DNA of 63,048 nucleotides, filler included, from Bigelowiella natans CCMP2755 (Eukaryota; Protista; Cercozoa): NCBI GenBank assembly GCA_000320545.1. It is 6 parts of 6 records of this genome, joined end to end, with 100 filler letters (N's around TTAATTAATTAA, not from the genome) between each part and the next. Parts side by side here need not be neighbours in the genome. Positions count along the whole stretch, not along the records: positions 43,571 to 58,904 come from ADNK01000578.1; positions 59,005 to 63,048 come from ADNK01002304.1; 4 more parts are not named here. The stretch is one strand, 5' to 3'. Below the pieces are notes generated by a model. The model saw only the letters and a list, made by a program, of their open reading frames with translations. It did not search any database and was not told where the DNA came from. Positions within the stretch are counted from its first letter, which is position 1, and each line of letters starts with the position of its first letter. This document shows, piece after piece, positions 52,163 through 63,048 of this stretch. A program made the translations under genes and the position numbers.

Positions 52163-54729
52163 GACAGACACACAAACAGAAAAAGATCCATATCCGTTGT
52201 GAACTCATTAGCAGACACACAGAAAAAGAACCATATCCGTTGTGAACTCATTGTAATCTTGTTTGTCATTGACGAGCCCCCCCTCCCATTATCACTACCT
52301 CATATAGGTGCTGCTCTTGCCGGTGGTTTCAGATAAAGGTTTTTTCCCTATAATCTTTGGAAGTTTCCTCTTACCGCCCTGCAGCCCCCTCCCCCCTCCA
52401 CGTCTCGCTTTTTTGAACCATGTACGACCGCCTACGTTATCTGGTCTGAGAGATACGGATTATACACACAGGAGAAGTACTACTACTACTACTCACCACT
52501 CCCCTTACGCCTGTTATTATTGTTGTTGTTCCTCCTTCCATGCGCTTGTTGACTCCTGAGCGGCAGAGTGTACATGATCGAAGTCTTAGCATAAGGGAGG
52601 TTCATACGTCGCAAGTCACCATCGTCGTATTTTCTGTTAAAAGACGACTGCGTCGTTGTTTCCTGCTGTTCTTTTTTTGAAAAAAATGCCGAACACACCT
52701 CTGCCTCTTGTTCCTTTGCAATCCGCCTCGGAGACGGAAGAATGTGAATGGCTGCGGTTGCGGCAGGGGCGGCTGGACAATAAACCGTGGCGTTGTTGCT
52801 GCCGCTGCTGCTGATGTACGTGGTGTTGGTGCGGATGATGACAACAGCAATGATCGTGGCGATGGCGCTAGTGCTCCGAACCTGGAGAAATAAGGGGTGG
52901 CGAAACGGAACAACATCCAACGAAGAAACAATATGACGACGCATTCGATGCCGTTGGTAGATACGCTCATGCGGCATTTTTGAATCGGTAATCTCTTCGT
53001 CATCCCTTCATCTCGCGATTATTACCCATATTCGAAAAGATGATGGGAACCTCGGTCTCTGTCATGGCGTCCCCCGCCCTCCTCCTCCTCCTTCCAATCC
53101 CTTTGGCTCCGAAGCCGTTGTGGCTGCTGCTCTGCCAGCACCAGCACAACGGCAGCGGCCATCGTCGCTACGACCCAGCGTCCTTTGCGCAGCATATATG
53201 TATCTCAGCCCTGTAGACAGACGCACGATGGCGGGGGGGAGGAGAGGAGTTCGATCTAACCTGGCCAAGAAGCCTTAATCATGGATGCTTGCGATCGGAG
53301 CTGGCCATTCGGCGTGCCTGCCCCATTGTTCGTCGTTCCGAGTAATAATAATAGCAAAGAAAATGACGGGAAGCTGACGGCACGCGCTCCTCAAACCGAT
53401 CAGTCCATCCATCCATCCATTCCATCCCTCCTCCCTCATGAATAGGGTCGACCGTAGGATAAGTCTGGTGCTTTTTCTGTACTAGATCTGCCAGGAATCG
53501 GGAATGCTCTTGGGATGGGTCGGTTGGAGCTTCTTCGACAAACAGCAACAACAACAACAACAACAACAACAACACTTGTAAAATAAGTAACATCCTGAGG
53601 CTTGTCGCAGGATATAAATCCCATGCGTTTTTAAGTCGGTTCTCCATAATTCCGAAAGAGGATGATGATGATGATGCAGCTGCCACCCCTCTCCCGAGCT
53701 CGGACGATTCTCCGCATCGTCACGTTCAGTGCTGCGCTCTCCCTGGCCTTGCTCGTGGGCCTTGCAGGTTCTGTATCTAGGGTGTAGTAAGAGCGCATCC
53801 ACATGCCCTTTGGGTGCAAAAAAGAGGTGCGAGGGGGGCTCCACCCGTCAGCTCTTGTGGGGGAGAACACGTGTTGTCGATGTTAGGTGCCTACCGACAG
53901 TGAAATGTGGCGCGGAAGCCCCCCCCCCCCCCCCCCCCTGTCTCCCTATATGCGCGCGCACGCTTACACGCGAGTCACAATACAACCGTGCATTATTTCA
54001 CAGGATGGCCGTTCGGTGGGTTTAGTGGAAGAAGCAGTCACATTTTGGAACCAGCAGTCGGAGCGCTGCCGTCTCCGTCTTCTCGCACCCACTGCATGTC
54101 CGATTTTTCCTGCACAGCTTTTCCCATCACTGTATACCATTCAGTTGTCGATCCTGTTGCAGGAGAGGGGGGAGAGGAGGACGAGACGTCGTGTCGAGGC
54201 GTAAGCACCTAAGTTTGGCCTTTTCGGGGTTTATGGCCTTGGGAGCTGCCAGAATGGCTCGTGCTGATCTAGATTTTACACCTATCAGGTGTTTCCTATA
54301 TTTATCTTGATGTAATTATCTTCTCCTCTCTGCTTTGGGTCCTTTTTATGCTTCCCCCACCGCCTCCCTCCCTCTCTCTCGCGCGCTTCGATTCTTAAAA
54401 TCAGTCTTCGTCCACTAATTAACCTTTTTTAAGTCCCGACGTGAAAAAGCAAATTAAGGCGAGAGACGACTACATGGCAGACAGGCAAAACCGAAATCTC
54501 TGATGATAACGATAAAGAAGATGATAGACCCTACACATGAACGGAACGGACAGTGCACATACAGCATCGTTATCATGTGTGATGATGATGATGACGATGA
54601 TGATGACGGTAGAATGATGTGATGATGACGACGCGTCAATGAAGCTGTTTTCACTGCTACATTTCAACAACACCATCGGCTATCTCATCGTCACTGAATC
54701 GCTACCACGACAATCGTATCCTTTCTCAG

Positions 54730-55509
<780 letters not shown>

Positions 55510-55737
55510 TAACAATAAGGTGCTATGCTCTGCCAGGCGCTCATGCATTCGTGCTCAGATTGCGGCATGCTGGTGGACGGTTTTCAATTTAACAAGGCAA
55601 AGGACGCATGCGCGATTGATGAATTGTCCGTACTCTATGGCGGAATGGCGACCTTGCTAGCTTGCGCAAATAATACAACAGCTGAGCCAATAGACGCTGC
55701 CTAAATTTCATGTCTAGATGTGTTTGCTATGTACCAG

Positions 55738-56230
55738 AATGTCGTAATATTAGAAGGATGTAATGAAGTGATTAAATCTTTTCAATAGTCATCCTAATAA
55801 TGTAGCCATGCAACTAGGCAAAGCAGCGGCTACAGCGCTGAGCTAGCTGATTATGAGGTTGTATCTATTTGTCTCGTCTAATGTGTGTTTCATGCATTTA
55901 AAAGCATCTTTGTCCTGTCGTCGATGTCGTGCGGTACGCTGCGCGCAGCGGTCATTGCCTTATTTTACAGCTTCAGTCAGGATGTCGTAATATGAGACGG
56001 ATATAATGAAATATTTAAATTTTTTCAATGGTCATCCTAATGTAGCTGTGCAATGCAGCGACTACAGCGCCTAAATTGTATCTGTTTGGATGTCGTAATA
56101 TGTATATACACACACACACACATATATATATACATATATGACAGACGGATGTAATGAAATATTTAAATTTTTTCAATTGTCACCCTAATCTAGTAATATA
56201 GCTATGCGCAATGCAGCGGCTACAGTGCTT
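55738..56230 (+). repeat. Three tandem copies of the dispersed repeat (TpA-retaining form)
   Basis: ATGTCGTAATAT-GAGACGGAT(G/A)TAATGAA..TTTAAATTTTTTCAATGGTCATCCTAAT..TAGC..GCAGCGGCTACAG repeated at about 55738, 55981 and 56141. Confidence 0.85.
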
Positions 56231-57082
56231 GTGTTGTGTCATGTACATGTGTGTGTGTACATACATACATGCTAGCATGCTAGCATGCATGTATGCATGC
56301 ATGCATGTGTGTATGCGCGGGCACAGCACGTGTCTGATTAACGTTGGTGAAGACATCGATCCTCAATCTAGCAATAGCGGCCCTGTGTCCATCTAGCCAT
56401 ACTAACATCGTCTATCTAGCTATGGCCAAAACAGGGTACGGGCGAGCTGCACAATCGTTCATGTAACAACTAGCAGTCGGGACAATAGTGTCGTTTGTGA
56501 TTTGCTGACTGTTGTTATATTTATTAGCGCCACAGCACAACGATGCATTATTTCCGGCTTACATAATATCCACAATAAAATAGAGAGCCGTCAGATGAGC
56601 CCATTGTAAGCTAGTAAGGCGTAACTTCGTATATTCGATTTCTCCCGGATGTAGCTACTAGCTCTGTAGCTGCACGCTAGCACGGTGTGGCATGCTGCCA
56701 ATGAGCCATACACAACATAGCACATCATGTTAGCTGGATTGCAAGGTTTTGCTACAAATGAAATGAGCAAGATCCCCGAATCTTTATTTATAGAGTAGTT
56801 TTCGTTTCATCTCTGCGGCGCGTGTGCACAGGCCTTGTGAATAGCGTCGAGTGCATCTCATTCACGATGGCATCTCATGGTATCCATCGAGAAGCGCACG
56901 GCGACTGGGTGAGCGACGTCAGAAATGAAATGGAAAATGTTATTTTCGGGTAGCATGCAGAAGGACAAAGACGGCCAATGACAACAACGGGAGGAACATG
57001 CATCAGCTCGTCTACGATGATCGATGGAAAGGGACCGAAGCAGCTTGGAATAATCCAGTGTAAGCGTTGTTCGCCAGAGGTG

Positions 57083-57253
57083 TTAGAAGCGAGGGTACTT
57101 GTATGTGAGCCAGAACTTATTTACGAGGATCTGTAGAGGGGAGTGGAACGGCGAGTTAGCGGGTGCATGCATTTGTCGGCGGTAGATCTTTCATGTTGCA
57201 ATTGGATCTCCCTCTCTCTCTCTCCCTCTCTCTCTCTCTCACACACACACACA

Positions 57254-57291
<38 letters not shown>

Positions 57292-58293
57292 AAATCGAGG
57301 AAAACAAAGGACAAAGCAATATGAACACAATTTCACCACTATAGTGACAGCCACCTTCTGATTTTTAACGGCATCTTTAAATTCCTCAAAGTTCATCTGT
57401 CCGGGTGTTTGAAGAGTCATCTGGGGAAAAGAGAGAGGAGGAGGAGAAGAAGGAGGAGAACAGGTAAGGATTATGGTGACATCTGGATGATGATATCGAT
57501 GAATCATCCGATAACTTCACAACTCACAAGAATTTTCCTAATCAGCAATGCTTGTTATTATTATTCACCAAATAACGGACAGGTTTGTTTTTACTAGTCC
57601 CGCCCTGAAAAACAAACTCAAATCTTCCTCCTCCTCCTCCTCCTCCTCCTCCTCCTCCTCCTCCCCTCGCCTACTGTTTACTAATCAGCACCTCATTGAG
57701 GGCGTTCTCAACTATTGGCTTCAAAGTAGCGAGTGGCAGTGGCGGTACGGAGTAGTTCTGATAGATGGCAAGCAGCTCATCAAGCCGCAAGATGGGCTCA
57801 TCACGCTCCGGCCTGTATAAATAAATAAATAAATAAGTAAATAATAAATATGTATATATTCATACACACATCTATACAAAAATAGTTTTATTATACGCAC
57901 CGCGAAATCAAACGTTAATGTTCATTTTCTCTAACCCTAACCCCCCCCCCCCCCACCCATTCATGTACTTCCCGCGCACTCTCAGACGCATCCACCTGTC
58001 ATAGTAGTCTGGGGTGATAGAATAGCCCTCGAATACCATCTTATACCGCTGCAATTATTGACACACAGGCACACGCATGCACGCAGATCGGTAAGGAGAG
58101 TGGTGTTGAAACGGGCACGAAGAAGCGGTCGCAAACATGAAGAAGGAAGGACTACTCCTCGTGATCTCTGCTGCTGGTACCTCATCTGAATACGGGTCGC
58201 TCCTGAAAACGTTCATCCCTGAAACAGCAGCCACGATAAATGGTTAATTGTCGCGACAAATAAACCGACTTAGCGTACACACTCAAATATACA

Positions 58294-58330
<37 letters not shown>

Positions 58331-58601
58331 TAATGAATATGCCCCTAATAATAATATCGTCCCCCAACCCCCCCCGTGCAGAAGGCCAACAGAAGAAAAA
58401 CAACCCCGGATGATGGTAGAAGATTTGTCAATGAAGCATGGTTTCATTCATTCATTTACAAGATGATGAGGCCAACCAAAGCAGCACAGAAAGCAATCGT
58501 CGATACAGCAGTTAAGTACGAATGCTGCCCCCCTCCCCTCCCCCCGCCTCTTCCTTTCAATACCTCTAACATATTCCTCGAAATCGACAGTGCCGTCCTC
58601 C
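57083..58601 (-). CDS. Calcineurin B-like EF-hand protein, 3' part (5' end lost in gap)
   Basis: Spliced (splice sites approximate): EDGTVDFEEY..SGMNVFRSDPYSDE|RYKMVFEGYS..|ILRLDELLAIY..LKPIVENALNE|MTLQTPGQMNFEEFKDAVKNQK|ILVNKFWLTYKYPRF*. Colinear with the calcineurin B C-terminal half. Confidence 0.7.
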
Positions 58602-58837
58602 CTGAACGATAAGGAGGGAGGGGTGATGATCAGCTATCATCGTGGCGTGATGCCTCTTCTTGGATTATTATTATTGTTATTATTATTATCACTCCTATTA
58701 CTAGAAATGATTTTTCGGTTTGTATCTGGCGGCCATTAGGGAACAAAACACATTAATGATGCTGTTGCAGCATGCTAGTAAATAGAAGTACTACTAGCAG
58801 TCCCCTGTGCGCGACAGATGGATGAAATGCACACACA

Positions 58838-58887
<50 letters not shown>

Positions 58888-58904
58888 GAGGGAGGAGGAC
58901 GTAC

Positions 58905-59004
58905 NNNNNNNNNNNNNNNNNNNNNNNNNNNNNNNNNNNNNNNNNNNNTTAATTAATTAANNNNNNNNNNNNNNNNNNNNNNNNNNNNNNNNNNNNNNNN
59001 NNNN
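58905..59004. other. Artificial scaffold gap linker
   Basis: N run with central TTAATTAATTAA. Confidence 0.98.
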
Positions 59005-59365
59005 CCGAAAAAATTTGAGCTGTCTTTTGCTTAGAGAATGGTTTGGCAGTGAGTCCTGAGTTGATCTGAGGGCGACTAGGATGAACATGACGGGTTGTAA
59101 GACATTCAAGCGTTTGAAGTATTCTGGGTTTTTCTATGCAGATTTTCCCCCTTTGGCCCCCCCCCAGCGAGGGATCTCCCTCGCCGATTTCCTTCTAAAC
59201 CCGGCCTTTCTGTCGCCCCCTGTATGGAAGAGACCCGCCCCATCCCCCCCCCCCCCCTACCCCCAAACAATAAGCCGACCGACCGGGGGGGGGGGGGTCT
59301 TACATAGCTTTCCGTTTACGACTACAACCTCTTCCACTCCACCAAAATCAAGATCGATCGACATA

Positions 59366-59855
59366 ATGTTTGCGGATACGGTGGAGCGCGGGATGGTGCC
59401 GGTCTCTTCCATACAAGCGGCGACAGAAAGGCCGGGTTTAGAAGGAAATGGGCGAGGGAGATCCCTAGCTGCAGAGGCGACCAAAGGGGGAAATCTGCAT
59501 AGAACAACACAGAACACTTCCAACCCTTCAATGTCCTCCCACTCCTCCTCCTCCTCCTCCTCCTCCTCCTCCTCCTCTCACTACTCACTGCCAAACCTTC
59601 CTCTAAGCAAAAGACTGCTAAAATTTATTCAGCGGTACAGGAACAACGAAGGTGCAGATGGAAGAGGAGGAGAAGAAGGGAAGGGGCTCTTCAAGTGGCT
59701 TGAGCACCGGATGGGAGTGGGAGTTGGGAAAGTGGAGATTCGAACAAACCGGGAAGGAAGAAGGGGCTTATATGCGACGGATGACATTTTGCCAAACGAA
59801 CTACTGTTGAAAGTAATTCTCCTAATTTAAAAAAATAATACACCCACCCACGCAC

Positions 59856-59900
<45 letters not shown>

Positions 59901-60312
59901 TCTCACTCCTTCCCTCCACATACACACACACGGCGCAGAGACAGACAAAGAATCTCAGTTGAGCATTGGTCGCCTCCCCTTTCCCCTTCTTCTTCTTGAT
60001 GATCAGGTCCCCTTAGAAGCATGTGTGGGGGATAACCTGGGGACGGATGGTATTCGTCTGCTGCCGTCTCCCAGCATGCGATTGGCATACTACCTCTTAC
60101 GCCAAGTGATCGATGCTACCGAGGAGGAGAATGCCAAACGACAACAACAAGACGAAGAAGAAGAAGAAGAAGAAGAATCTGTAAATAAAACCGGAACGAT
60201 GCGCTCTCTAGGATCCGTAGAGATTAGGTTGTTATTTGCTATTTGAATCGTTATGTTTGCTATTCTTGTTATTTGCTATTTGAATCGTCATGTTTGCTAT
60301 TCGTAGCTCTAG

Positions 60313-60382
<70 letters not shown>

Positions 60383-61016
60383 GCTCTCCCTTCCTCCCCC
60401 CTCTATCTCACCCGCCCAATCCAAACGTTATCCATCGCATCGCTCAGGGAAGCAGAACGCGTCCTCACGCGCGAGCACCTACGAATCGACACAGGCCGTG
60501 ACCCCGTCAGACCCGACTTTCAGGCGAAAAACGGCCGGGGGGACTTCGAAAACCCGTGCTGTAAGAGCGGTTGGATCGCCTTCCTGCCGTGGGAATACCG
60601 TGCCTTGGGGTTGGGCGGGACACTGCCGCGAGCAAGCGGGAGTGCATCGCTCGAAGAGACCACGGAGGTTTCGATGCTGAGCGATCAGTTTGAGTTCTGC
60701 CTGAAAGTTCTCCGAGGATTTCTTGCCAAGAACCAGCTCTCTGCGGGTCAGTCGCTCGCCGGCGATGCTTGTATCCCCCCTCCCCGGAATTGCGTTTTAT
60801 CATGCCTCAATTGGGTCGCCTCGCCCTTGCGCAGTGGCTGGGAAAAGGAGTCGGCAGTCATTTTTGTGTGCGGCGGAGATTAAGCTCAGTGAAGGCGTGC
60901 TAACAAACACCCACATGCAGGAGATCTGGCATCTGCTCTATCGCTGGCACAATCCCGTAGCTTCTCCGCGTCTCACGTTCAGGTAAATCCCACCATGTGC
61001 GGTGTATGGCGCGCGC

Positions 61017-61054
<38 letters not shown>

Positions 61055-61203
61055 ATTTGGGTCCTTAAATGACGCACATCGTGGGGGAGCGTATAACATT
61101 CTCTCACATATATTTCCTTCCCCCCCCCCCTTCCCCTCAGGGATTGAACTGGACGTCTGCACTCGCTCCAGGGATCGACTTTGCTAACCATGACGGTATA
61201 TAT

Positions 61204-61253
<50 letters not shown>

Positions 61254-62137
61254 TATTAATATATGTAAAGATGATATTGATGATGATGATGATAAAATGA
61301 TGAACTCACAACAATCACCGACAAAGATAACAACAATGGCGAGAGTGGCCCCTGCAATATGGGCTTCCCTCCTCCTCCTCTTCCGCCCCCCCGTTCTTTC
61401 TTCTCCTTCTTCTTGTTTCCCTTCGACCCAACGCATGGCATCACCATCATCATTTTTATATGATTATCGTCATCATCATATTACCACTACTGCTGCTGCT
61501 GCTGCTACTACTACTACTGCATGGATTGGACACGTAGAATACAGCCATACACACACACGCGCGCGCGCGCGCGCACATAATTTGTACACTCTACTATCAC
61601 GTCGTATCGTTCACCCCCTCCTCCTCCTCCTCATCATCATTATCATCATCATCACCGCCATCATCCTTTATCATATCAATTCCCAAAGGAATGCCAAATG
61701 CGTTTGTGGAGGCGGTGCAGCTAGTCCCCACGTGTGATATTAAAACAAGGGCGCTGCCTGGTATTCTCTCTACGATAACATCTAGCTTATGACTAATTAC
61801 CCCCCCCCTCTCCTGACTCCTTACTTACCCCTTCCCACTCCGCCAGGAGCTGATGAGCGCATGAACGCTGCTAAGATGCTGCGAGCGATTTCGGAGCACA
61901 GGGAAGAGGTCCTCGGTTAGATTAGAGAATCGAGAGATCAATAGTTTTATGTGACATCCATCTTCATCAATTCAAATACTTACCTCCCTCGTTCCAACCC
62001 CCACCCCCTCTTGTTTTAGGAGGTTCGAAGTGCGGTGGCTCGCAACTGGCGGGTCGCAGGATTGACCCCTATCTCTTTGGCCGCTATCAGCCCAGAGGGG
62101 GGCTGGGTGCTAAGGACTTTCGGGACCGAGCACAAAG
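59366..62137 (+). CDS. SET-domain protein methyltransferase (Rubisco-LSMT/SETD3-like), multi-exon; ends uncertain
   Basis: LFKWLEHRMG..GRRGLYATDDILPNELLLK|VPLEAC..RLAYYLL..GWIAFLP..SALAPGIDFANHD match the SET N-terminal GxRGL motif and the P-x-x-D-x-x-NH catalytic motif. Confidence 0.8.
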
Positions 62138-62498
62138 TAGCAGTAGCAGTAGTAGTAGTAGTAGTAGTAGTAATAAGAATAATAATAGTAGTAGCTTTAG
62201 TAGTAGTAGTAGTAGTATTTATTAGTAGTAAGAAGAAGAAGATGATGATGAAGAATGGGAAGAATAGTAGCAAAAGCGTGTTTTGTATGGGGTGAATATG
62301 ATGGATGGTATGATCTGTGGTATCATGGGCGACTTAGTTAGTGTTTAAACGGCCTTCTTAAGCAAGTAGCGACCTCACAAGCTGCTTTTCCAAACTCATC
62401 TTCGTGGACGTTGCTACCCATTGTAGCTTGTACTCCATTATGAATTACACACACACAAACTAACACACACACACACACACACACATTTATTATATTAC

Positions 62499-62533
<35 letters not shown>

Positions 62534-62741
62534 TCATTTCCATATTGACTTTCTGTCTACAATCAGCTGAATGAGCCCGAGTGATGTTCCTTTCTATGCG
62601 ATCCAGGCATGTTCTTCTCGCTTCCTTCTCCCCCTTCCAGCTATCATCATCGACCTTATCATAATCGTTCCCAAGACCATACTTGCCGCCCGCACGTGAT
62701 TAGAGAAGATCATGATGAATCAGTGATAGAATGTACTGACC

Positions 62742-62800
62742 ATATAAGACAGATGTAATTAATCAATTAGATTTGTTCAATGGCCATCCTGATGTAGCGG
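62742..62800 (+). repeat. Diverged partial copy of the dispersed repeat
   Basis: ATAAGACAGATGTAATTAA..TTTGTTCAATGGCCATCCTGATGTAGCGG. Confidence 0.6.
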
Positions 62801-63048
62801 AGCCATGATGCTGACGATGCATGGGAATGCAGACTTCATGCACGTCTGTCGTTGATGGCTTTTCCTAGTTGCTCGAACGAAGTGCAAGCCACGGGGATGC
62901 GCGTGTGTGTCTAGATGTATGATCATGTGCGGAATAAGCTGCTCTAGGGTACGACGACCTCTGCGCGTGCTAATTTCCATGCGCATTCGGGCGAGGAGCT
63001 TGCGTGGTTAGTTGGGGAGCTGTGGCTGTGATTGCTCGGTGTGTATCC

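Noticed and set aside
59101-59535. About 185-bp inverted repeat (59101-59284 is a degraded reverse complement of ~59353-59535) and the 249-aa ORF starting at 59081
   Set aside because: It lies at a contig end and the left arm is error-laden with poly-C/G runs. This is typical of a fold-back chimeric read or low-quality assembly, not a biological hairpin.

Overview
Eukaryotic (probably protist/algal) nuclear DNA. It is a scaffold of six contigs joined by five artificial 100-nt N-TTAATTAATTAA-N linkers. Most genes are split into many small exons by microsatellite-filled GT-AG introns, so most short ORFs in the supplied track are spurious. Genes I reconstructed by hand: a Rab8/Sec4-like GTPase, a linker-histone-like protein, an N-acylated EF-hand protein carrying an E1-FCCH-like domain, a three-domain ER lipid enzyme (Mpo1/DUF962 + AspH/LpxO-like 2OG-Fe(II) dioxygenase + PEMT-like methyltransferase), a bZIP factor, a GRIPAP1-like coiled-coil protein, a secreted SURNod19-family protein, a DEAD-box helicase, a calcineurin-B-like protein and a SET methyltransferase. 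The most striking unexplained signal is a set of intergenic islands almost devoid of TpA, where survivors are nearly all in CTAG/TAG/CTA context and CpG is retained. Copies of a dispersed repeat differ by systematic TA versus TG/CA changes. This suggests a targeted A-to-G hypermutation process acting on repeats, the reverse of fungal RIP. All domain calls come from motif recognition by eye, not database searches.
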